Source: Candidatus Helarchaeota ASGARD archaeon Hel_GB_B (lineage in GTDB: Archaea > Asgardarchaeota > Lokiarchaeia > Helarchaeales > HEL-GB-B). From it: 7,721 bases of DNA. The stretch spans positions 1-7,721 of the forward strand of contig SUPR01000130.1 in the NCBI GenBank assembly GCA_005191425.1. Direction: 5' to 3'. Below are positions 1 through 6,121 of this stretch, one piece after another (positions within the stretch are counted from its first letter, which is position 1; each line of letters begins with the position of its first letter). The translations under genes were made by a program, and so were the position numbers. The notes beneath the pieces were generated by a model. That model had not been told where the DNA came from, made no database searches, and saw only the letters and a program-made list of their open reading frames with translations.

Positions 1-297
1 TCCAATCAAATTTGTTAATCCTTGAGTATATTGTTCTTTAAATTTTTTCAAGGCATTTTGATAATTATTAGCTAGGTCGTTTATTTCGCTTAAATTAATA
101 TAATCGACAATAAGACTCTCAGGAACATAATAAATAAGCTTTATACTTGATTTTTCTATCTTTTTAATCTCAGTATAATATTTATAAAGGGCAATTGAGC
201 TTAAAGGTGCTGGAATAGGTTCTTTCTCATTTATGAATTTAAAATTAGCAACTTTATATGATCTTAAAGACCCCAAAACTTGTATTATAGTAATCAT
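1..297 (-). CDS. csx1: Partial CDS (N-terminal 99 aa, runs off the left edge): probable Csx1-family CARF-domain protein (type III CRISPR ancillary / cOA effector-like)
   Basis: Hand translation from ATG 297, with an in-frame stop at 304-306 upstream and no stop down to base 1: MITIIQVLGSLRSYKVANFKFINEKEPIPAPLSSIALYKYYTEIKKIEKSSIKLIYYVPESLIVDYINLSEINDLANNYQNALKKFKEQYTQGLTNLIG. The pattern [hydrophobic strand]-G-x4-Y-x-V-x-N-F ... S-x-ALY ... K-L-I-Y-Y-V-P-E-S-L matches the recalled N-terminus of Sulfolobus-type Csx1 (G..SNYSIVNY...AHALY...KVIALIPDSL). The DxTHG and HEPN motifs would lie outside the window. Confidence 0.68.
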   Translation of the reverse strand, partial: MITIIQVLGSLRSYKVANFKFINEKEPIPAPLSSIALYKYYTEIKKIEKSSIKLIYYVPESLIVDYINLSEINDLANNYQNALKKFKEQYTQGLTNLIG

Positions 298-560
298 AAG
301 CGTTTAACCCATTCATATATTAAATAAATTATTTTGATTTAGTTATATATTTGGTCGAATAGAATAATACATTTTCAAATAAATTTCATTTAAATTGATA
401 TAATATATGAAATGGAATGAATATAAATTCAATGATTGTGAGAATATTAATTTGAATGTAATGTTGTAGTTTGAATTAAAAAATGAGATTCTGTGAGTGA
501 ATTTACTTTAAAAGATATCGTTAATTAAATTTGATAAATAAATAAAATTAGAGATTGGAA

Positions 561-580
561 ATAAAATAAAAAAAAGAGAG
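561..580 (-). terminator. Oligo-T tract directly after the ferredoxin stop (archaeal-type intrinsic terminator candidate)
   Basis: The minus strand reads ctctcttttttttattttat just after the TAA at 583-585, with a T8 run at 568-575. Confidence 0.45.
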
Positions 581-582
581 AA

Positions 583-855
583 TTAGCCGCGTTTGAATAT
601 AACGCCTGTTCCACCTTTGGGGTAAGTAAAATCAATTGCGTTATATTCACAAGATTGCCAGCAAGCTCCGCATTCCAAGCACAGTTTTTTGTAATCATCT
701 TTGATATTTGCTTTACCATCATCAAGGTACCACAAATTAACTGGGCACACTGTAATGCAACGCTTACATGCTACACAATTTTCACGAATTGGCTTAATGA
801 AATCGCCTTGGTCTCCTTCTAATTTATGAATGATATTTTCAAGTGGGACAAGCAT
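583..855 (-). CDS. fixX: FixX-like 2x[4Fe-4S] ferredoxin
   Basis: CVACKRCITVCP and CLECGACWQSC give 8 Cys. The C-terminal YPKGGTGVIFKRG is the FixX-type tail. A strong AAGGAGG RBS lies 8 nt upstream, and the start overlaps the upstream stop (TAATG). Confidence 0.85.
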   Translation of the reverse strand: MLVPLENIIHKLEGDQGDFIKPIRENCVACKRCITVCPVNLWYLDDGKANIKDDYKKLCLECGACWQSCEYNAIDFTYPKGGTGVIFKRG

Positions 856-2219
856 TAATTTCGCCTCCTTATTTTTTTCTTGGGTCGCATTTTTTCAAAC
901 ATGTCGTTAAATGGGGCTAGATCATTGAGTTCTTCTTCAAGTATTCTGAACACATAGGGGAATAAATATTTTCTAAAGAGAGGCATAATTGAAGGGCCTT
1001 TTTCACGCAGGCTTTTAAGGAACAGCTGGCTCATTTCTAGATGTGAGGTTGCGCCGGTAAATAAATTAAGAGAGTTATTAACAATATCGCCCAATTCACC
1101 TACTTTTTCTGTATTGAAAGGTAGCCCTGCCCAAAACTCTTGAAACTCCTTACCTGCAGCAAACTCTTCACCTAAAGGCGAGTTTACCCAGGATTCTTCA
1201 TATTTTTTCATTTGTCGTTCAGAGACATCGTTATTATCAATGGCTTCTTTAGCTGTAAGTGCAGCAAGTCTTCCAGAATACATAGCATGCCAAATACCCT
1301 CTGCTTCAAGCGGACATGGGAACCCAGCAGCATCTCCAACGAGCATAATGTTATGTGCATATGTCTTTTTAGGATATTGAAGCCATGGGAGTTGATGAGC
1401 ATGAAATTCGCGTGGTTTGGCGTTTAACTGCTTGATCATTTTAGCTACGGGTGGTGATTTAATACAATCTTCTAAATAGCCCCGCAAATTTCTTGTAATA
1501 GCACCAAACCATTGTCCAAGTCCGATATGGAAGCCATCTTTTTTAAAGAAATTATAGACACCTGGATATAATGGTGAAAACCAAGCATGTAAGGCATTAT
1601 CTCCGATAAATTCATCAATTTTTTCGGGCGGCGCTTCAAAATCATAATTGACAACAAGAGTTGTGTCATATGGACCAAACTTTGCTCTCATCCCTGCCTT
1701 CCTGGCTACGACCGATATTGCACCGTCCGCAGCAATAACAATACCCTCATATTTATTTCCACGTTCATCGACCACTCCAGTAACCCTTCCAGAACTATCT
1801 CTCAATACATCTGTTATCAATGTAGAAGTCTTTAACTCAGCACCGGCGTCCACAGCAAAAGTAGACAGCCATTTGTCATATTGATGCCTATAGACCATCA
1901 CTGTCATGAATTCCCTCGCTTCCTTGTATGTATTTAATTTTGAGGGCGTCCAAGATAGTTCTGAAACAAGTTCACCTTTTTCATCACAAAAATGAGCAGT
2001 ACACCTTCGATTGACCCTTTGACTTGGTAAATTCATTTCTTTCATGATGTCTGGAAAGTCTCTCCAAATCTTAGGAGTAAGCCCTACTCCTGACGCATTC
2101 TTTTCACCCGGATTTTGACCTCGTTCAAAAATAATTGTTTTTAACCCATTTTCAGCAGCAGTTTTCCCGGCAATTGAACCACCAGGACCGCCACCTACAA
2201 CAATAACATCATATTTCAT
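855..2219 (-). CDS. fixC: FAD-dependent oxidoreductase, FixC/ETF-QO-like (geranylgeranyl reductase superfamily)
   Basis: N-terminal Rossmann motif YDVIVVGGGPGG, FixC-type ERGxxPGxKN motif, RxxYDKWL, IAADG, and REFHAHQLP (FixC: EYSAHxxP). The second FAD motif is LVGDAAGxxxPLEAEGI. A GAAGGA RBS sits at 2228-2233, and the gene is coupled to the FixX-like ferredoxin. Confidence 0.82.
   Translation of the reverse strand: MKYDVIVVGGGPGGSIAGKTAAENGLKTIIFERGQNPGEKNASGVGLTPKIWRDFPDIMKEMNLPSQRVNRRCTAHFCDEKGELVSELSWTPSKLNTYKEAREFMTVMVYRHQYDKWLSTFAVDAGAELKTSTLITDVLRDSSGRVTGVVDERGNKYEGIVIAADGAISVVARKAGMRAKFGPYDTTLVVNYDFEAPPEKIDEFIGDNALHAWFSPLYPGVYNFFKKDGFHIGLGQWFGAITRNLRGYLEDCIKSPPVAKMIKQLNAKPREFHAHQLPWLQYPKKTYAHNIMLVGDAAGFPCPLEAEGIWHAMYSGRLAALTAKEAIDNNDVSERQMKKYEESWVNSPLGEEFAAGKEFQEFWAGLPFNTEKVGELGDIVNNSLNLFTGATSHLEMSQLFLKSLREKGPSIMPLFRKYLFPYVFRILEEELNDLAPFNDMFEKMRPKKKIRRRN
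864..870 (-). promoter_or_regulatory. Shine-Dalgarno site (AAGGAGG) for the ferredoxin, embedded in the 3' end of the flavoprotein gene
   Basis: The plus strand reads cctcctt at 864-870, 8 nt from the ATG at 855. Confidence 0.8.
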
Positions 2220-2227
2220 TATTAATT

Positions 2228-2233
2228 TCCTTC
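2228..2233 (-). promoter_or_regulatory. Probable RBS (GAAGGA) for the FixC-like gene
   Basis: The plus strand reads tccttc at 2228-2233, 8 nt upstream of ATG 2219. Confidence 0.55.
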
Positions 2234-2530
2234 AATAGTTAATTAATTTATAGTGATTATATTCAATTAGAATTTAAATATTAATGTATTTCGATCTGAA
2301 TTCGTGGACTTAACAATTAATATTTATATACTGAAACTTATTGTCCTTTTAATGTCCAATCAATTTAAATATGCTTGATTAAAATCCAATAGAAACGCAG
2401 GTTAAAATTACTCAATACTGACGAAATTTAATTTAGCACAAATTGTCCTAAAACATAAATCATTTCACGAAAATTAGACTTGGTCAAAAACATTACCAGA
2501 AGTAGATTAAAAAATTTAATATATTTTCAG

Positions 2531-2554
2531 AATTAGATTTTTCTAATTATAAAT
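2531..2554 (+). promoter_or_regulatory. Palindrome AATTAGA-tttt-TCTAATT overlapping a TATA-like box (TTATAAAT), upstream of the FAA-hydrolase gene
   Basis: Perfect 7-bp inverted repeat at 2531-2548. TTATAAAT at 2547-2554 lies about 47 nt before ATG 2601. The assigned role is inference. Confidence 0.35.
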
Positions 2555-2600
2555 TAAATTATTCAGCCAATTCATTAATTTATTTACAAGTTGGATTAAT

Positions 2601-3485
2601 ATGCGAATTTGTAGATTTATTTGGAAGAATAAACAGAAATACGGCATAATTGTAAACAATAAAATATGGGACTTTATGGACGAAATTAATAGTACAAAAG
2701 ACCATTTATATGCCATGGATTTTATCCGTTTTTTTAATAATAATATCAAATTAATTAAACAAAAAATTAATGATAATTCAATGGAAAACCTAATTGATTT
2801 TGATAGAGAGCTATTATTAGCACCTTTATTATACCCATCTAAAATAATTTGCTTGGGACTAAATTATCTTGACCATGCAAAAGAGACCGGGACCAAATTA
2901 CCAGACAGACCTATGCTTTTTACAAAAGCATCATCATCAATTATAGGGCCAAATGACCAGATCGTCATACCCACTTTAAAAAAGGACGGAAAATATGTCC
3001 CAATTAAATTTATTGATTATGAAGCAGAATTAGCGGTAATTGTAGGAAAACAGATGAAGAAAATTAAAGTAGATGAAGTTAATAACTATATATTTGGATA
3101 TACAATTCTAAACGATGTATCAGCAAGAATTGAGCAAAAAAAAGACAAACAATTCTTTAGGAGCAAGAGCTTCGATACTTTTGCACCAATTGGGCCCTGG
3201 ACCGTCTCTCAAGATGAAATAACTGACCCAATGAACCTTAAAATACAAAGTTTCGTTAACGATGAATTAAGACAGAACTCAAACACCAGCAACATGAACT
3301 TTAATGTCTATGAGATTCTCTCTTTTATAAGCGAGGGGATCACTTTATACCCAGGAGACATTATAGGCACTGGAACTCCTGCGGGTGTTGGTGTTGGAAT
3401 GAACCCACCTCAATCAATGAAAAATGGCGATATTGTTAAAATTAAAATCGAAAAAATAGGTGAATTGGTCAATAAAATAGCCTAA
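2601..3485 (+). CDS. Fumarylacetoacetate (FAA) hydrolase family protein (MhpD/FAHD-like)
   Basis: Family motifs IICLGLNYLDHAKE, FTKASSSIIGP, DYEAELAVIVGK, GYTILNDVSAR, KSFDTFAPIGP and TLYPGDIIGTGTPAGVG. Confidence 0.95.
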   Translation: MRICRFIWKNKQKYGIIVNNKIWDFMDEINSTKDHLYAMDFIRFFNNNIKLIKQKINDNSMENLIDFDRELLLAPLLYPSKIICLGLNYLDHAKETGTKLPDRPMLFTKASSSIIGPNDQIVIPTLKKDGKYVPIKFIDYEAELAVIVGKQMKKIKVDEVNNYIFGYTILNDVSARIEQKKDKQFFRSKSFDTFAPIGPWTVSQDEITDPMNLKIQSFVNDELRQNSNTSNMNFNVYEILSFISEGITLYPGDIIGTGTPAGVGVGMNPPQSMKNGDIVKIKIEKIGELVNKIA

Positions 3486-3516
3486 AATGCCCAAAAATCT
3501 TTAAATTTTCTAGGAC

Positions 3517-3528
3517 TTTTGTTTTTTT
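3517..3528 (+). terminator. Oligo-T tract after the FAA-hydrolase gene
   Basis: ttttgttttttt lies about 30 nt downstream of the stop at 3485. Confidence 0.4.
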
Positions 3529-3641
3529 ACAAATTTACTTGTTTTAAATAAATAATGTTTTTAAATAACAATTACCATTAAATAACCGAATTAATAATAA
3601 ATTAACTAATAATGACCCAAATACTTATCTGATGATATAAA

Positions 3642-4301
3642 GTGTCTCGAGAAAATGCAAAGTTAGCACTTAGTATTATTTATCTCCAAGGGACAATTAT
3701 AATTTGGACAATTTTTCTGATACCGTATTTGGTAATGTCTGTATTTGCATTTATAGAACTAATTCAAATTCAGTATTATTTGGCAATTTTTATTAGTGTT
3801 ATTCGGAACATCCTATTTTTAATTGGGTCTATCCTTTTGGTCCCAAGTTCAATTTTGTATCTATTATCATGTCTTAAAAATAAAAATTTGGCTAATCCAG
3901 CTTTTGGACTAGGAGTACCTGCTTGGTTCTTGATACTTATAAGTTTTGGACTTTCTGATCAATCATGGAGCTTTTATTATTTAATCGTTCCAGCATTCTT
4001 AATGATACCTATTATGCTTTTTGGAGTTATACTATTTTCTGAATCTAAAATTATTGTCCCTAAAAACAAGTCTAAAAGACCTCCTCTAATGTATAACAGC
4101 AGCCCAAAAGTTTCAACTAAGCACAGCTATAGGGACAATGTTTTATCACAAACTTATTATAATTCGCAACTGTCCAGTAGCCCTAATCCCAACCAAACTA
4201 TTGAAAACAAAAAATTTAAATTTTGTCCTGAATGCGGCGCAAAGTTATATTTTACCGATAAATTCTGCGTAAAATGCGGACATCCACAATGGCTAATCTA
4301 A
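3642..4301 (+). CDS. Membrane protein (~4 TM) with a C-terminal double zinc ribbon
   Basis: GTG start with an in-frame stop at 3633-3635 just upstream. Four long hydrophobic segments in the first ~135 aa, then an S/N/P/Q-rich linker, then CPECGAKLYFTDKFCVKCG. Confidence 0.85.
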   Translation: MSRENAKLALSIIYLQGTIIIWTIFLIPYLVMSVFAFIELIQIQYYLAIFISVIRNILFLIGSILLVPSSILYLLSCLKNKNLANPAFGLGVPAWFLILISFGLSDQSWSFYYLIVPAFLMIPIMLFGVILFSESKIIVPKNKSKRPPLMYNSSPKVSTKHSYRDNVLSQTYYNSQLSSSPNPNQTIENKKFKFCPECGAKLYFTDKFCVKCGHPQWLI

Positions 4302-4332
4302 TGAGGGAGAATAATGACATTTATTTAATTCG

Positions 4333-4352
4333 TTTTTTACTTAATTTTTTTT
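4333..4352 (+). terminator. Oligo-T tracts after the zinc-ribbon membrane gene
   Basis: T6 at 4333-4338 and T8 at 4345-4352, in the gap between convergent genes. Confidence 0.4.
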
Positions 4353-4428
4353 AATCAAATTTCTATTTGCCAGAATAACGACCTCAGACATCAATCTTAT
4401 GCCTTAAAAACAAAGTCAAATTTTGATT

Positions 4429-5046
4429 TTAACTGATAAGTCTATATTTTATAATATCGTCCTCATCAATTTGAATTATGCACCCTTTAGCTCCTACATT
4501 AATTATCGTTGTGTTCCCAAGCTTGGATATTCCACGGTCTTCATGAATATGCCCACATAATAGCATTCTAGGCTGTAAATTTACTATGAATTTCCTCAAA
4601 TTCGTATTTCCTACATTTTTTCCACTATAAACTCTATCACAATGATTTCTCGGCGGGACATGGGTAATAAGAATGATCTTATTAGGGTCTAAACCTGAAA
4701 CTATTTGCGGTGCTCTTGGTAGGACTTCATTTAATATATCAGAGGGCCCACCAAACCCGCAAAAATAATAACCAAATAAATTTTTACATTTTAAATGTAA
4801 ATTAAAAGCATTTGAAATCCTTACATTTATATTCTGCCCGTCCATATTTCCTAAAACAAAATAAATCGGTGCAAAATCTAATAAAGAAATAACATGTTTT
4901 AACCGGTCTGCTCTTGAAGAATGCGAAATATCGCCGCAAATAACAACTATATCCGGCTTCTCTTGCTTTATAACTTTAGATGCAAACTGAACCTTACCCA
5001 TACTTGAATGTAAATCACTGATCGCATATATTTTAAAGTTTGTCAT
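4429..5046 (-). CDS. Calcineurin-like metallophosphoesterase (Icc-related, COG2129-like)
   Basis: All five family motifs are present in order: ISDLH, CGDI, GNMD, THVPP and CGHIHE, plus a C-terminal IINVG. Confidence 0.92.
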   Translation of the reverse strand: MTNFKIYAISDLHSSMGKVQFASKVIKQEKPDIVVICGDISHSSRADRLKHVISLLDFAPIYFVLGNMDGQNINVRISNAFNLHLKCKNLFGYYFCGFGGPSDILNEVLPRAPQIVSGLDPNKIILITHVPPRNHCDRVYSGKNVGNTNLRKFIVNLQPRMLLCGHIHEDRGISKLGNTTIINVGAKGCIIQIDEDDIIKYRLIS

Positions 5047-5197
5047 GGTAATTACCTATTATTTTCAAATTGCACGCATCTCTTAATATTTCTATTCTGT
5101 AATACTGTTTTATTTATTAACAAATTTTAGCTTTTAAAAACTTATTTTTATAAAAGAACTTTAATTGCAAAAATAATTTATTAGAATAAAAATAAAC

Positions 5198-5217
5198 ATA
5201 TCTATAAAAATAGATAT
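5198..5217. repeat. Perfect 8-bp inverted repeat ATATCTAT-aaaa-ATAGATAT
   Basis: Read directly from the sequence: arms at 5198-5205 and 5210-5217. Confidence 0.75.
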
Positions 5218-5501
5218 TCTTTCTCTTCTAAAACCCGAAAAATAAATAATATAAACAACAATCTTTATTTCTTAAGTTGATAACTACCATTAAATTAATA
5301 TTTAAATATTACTCCTTAATCTAAAAGAACTGACTCCTATTCTATTAATTCTGATCAAAATTATATCATAAAAATTATTAAAGACCTTGATTTGAATTAA
5401 TATAATTGACTATTATAAAAATACTTTAAAAAATTATCCCGAAAAACCAAAATATAAGTATATTGCACGAAATGTATAAAAATTGTAATGTTATGACTCC
5501 A

Positions 5502-5525
5502 TAATACTCTGAAAATAGAGTATTA
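5502..5525. repeat. Perfect 9-bp inverted repeat TAATACTCT-gaaaat-AGAGTATTA
   Basis: Read directly from the sequence: arms at 5502-5510 and 5517-5525. Confidence 0.8.
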
Positions 5526-5529
5526 GATG

Positions 5530-5549
5530 AATGTGGGTCAAATGTGGGT
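5530..5549 (+). repeat. Tandem direct repeat AATGTGGGT x2, 11-bp period
   Basis: Copies at 5530-5538 and 5541-5549. Confidence 0.75.
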
Positions 5550-5798
5550 AGAAATATTTATAAAGGAAATTTTTGACTATATTAATTACATATTACTATT
5601 ACATCGTGTGGAAATTGAAAATAAATTGTTAAATAATAATGCATTTTTCCGTCATCCACAAAGTATTACCACGACTTTAGAGGTTAAAGAAAGACCTTTG
5701 ACGTTTTTCTTTTTAAATTAATGATTTAAAAGTCTTAGATTATTTTGGTATTTTTCTTGAAAAAATATTCTTGAAATTTATTGATTTGTGAGAATAAA

Positions 5799-6107
5799 AT
5801 GAAAAATAATAATGAACTAATGTTTGTAGCTAAAAGCTGCATCCATAGGATAAAGAAAAAGTTAGAAAATAATTGTAGACTCAGGTTTAACCCTGAGAAA
5901 AAGAATGAACTGGACAAACTCCTACACAAATTAGAGGTTTTAGTCTCAGATGATATTGAACTTGTGTTCCCTATTCTTATGGATTTGCATATTCCATCAA
6001 AATTGTATGGATTTGAAATGGATTTAAATCTACTTTTAAATAGCTATGTGTCTGAACAAAGCAAAATCATAGGACATAAAAATATAAGTTCGGTCATTTC
6101 TATATAA
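5799..6107 (+). CDS. Hypothetical, probably helical protein (~102 aa)
   Basis: Open frame with protein-like amphipathic composition and a T8 tract just after the stop. ATG 5799 is preferred over the track's TTG 5781. No family recognised. Confidence 0.6.
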   Translation: MKNNNELMFVAKSCIHRIKKKLENNCRLRFNPEKKNELDKLLHKLEVLVSDDIELVFPILMDLHIPSKLYGFEMDLNLLLNSYVSEQSKIIGHKNISSVISI

Positions 6108-6112
6108 ACGAA

Positions 6113-6120
6113 TTTTTTTT
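6113..6120 (+). terminator. T8 tract in the 14-bp gap between convergent genes
   Basis: tttttttt at 6113-6120, between the TAA ending at 6107 and the opposite-strand TGA at 6122. Confidence 0.45.
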
Positions 6121-6121
6121 C

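Noticed and set aside
298-582. Possible CRISPR array or leader next to the Csx1-like gene
   Set aside because: The region is AT-rich with only short motifs (e.g. ATTTCAT...ATGAAAT, tgtgag twice). There are no regularly spaced 24-40 bp repeats here or elsewhere in the window.
525-725. 66-aa minus-strand ORF from the track
   Set aside because: It is an alternative frame overlapping the well-supported ferredoxin and runs into the AT-rich terminator region.
855-890. NLS-like basic tail PKKKIRRRN on the FixC-like protein
   Set aside because: The Arg codons (AGG AGG) are the ferredoxin's Shine-Dalgarno site and the Lys codons are its A-rich upstream enhancer, so translational coupling explains the tail.
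1208-1884. Track ORFs 1208-1402, 1212-1427, 1472-1678 and 1648-1884
   Set aside because: All are off-frame or antisense shadows inside the FixC-like gene, with no motifs.
2543-2749. 68-aa minus-strand ORF
   Set aside because: It is antisense to the FAA-hydrolase start and its promoter, and has low-complexity AT-driven composition.
4429-5046. Metallophosphoesterase acting as a cOA ring nuclease or partner of the Csx1-like gene
   Set aside because: It lies more than 4 kb away in a separate transcription unit and is a widespread housekeeping-type family. Nothing in the sequence links the two. GNMD in place of GNHD is a known variant in this subfamily.
5580-5708. Minus-strand frame reading VVVILCG-UGA-RKN, a CxU selenoprotein-like motif
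   Set aside because: An in-frame stop lies at 5718-5720 with no good start or RBS. The flanking sequence does not resemble Sep15/SelW/Rdx folds and I saw no SECIS-like hairpin.
5527-5721. 64-aa plus-strand ORF in the long spacer
   Set aside because: It has no clear RBS or recognisable motif and its start overlaps the repeat cluster. It cannot be fully excluded, but it is not supported enough to call.
5735-5929. 64-aa minus-strand F/L/S-rich ORF
   Set aside because: It is the antisense shadow of the K/N/E-rich plus-strand hypothetical gene.
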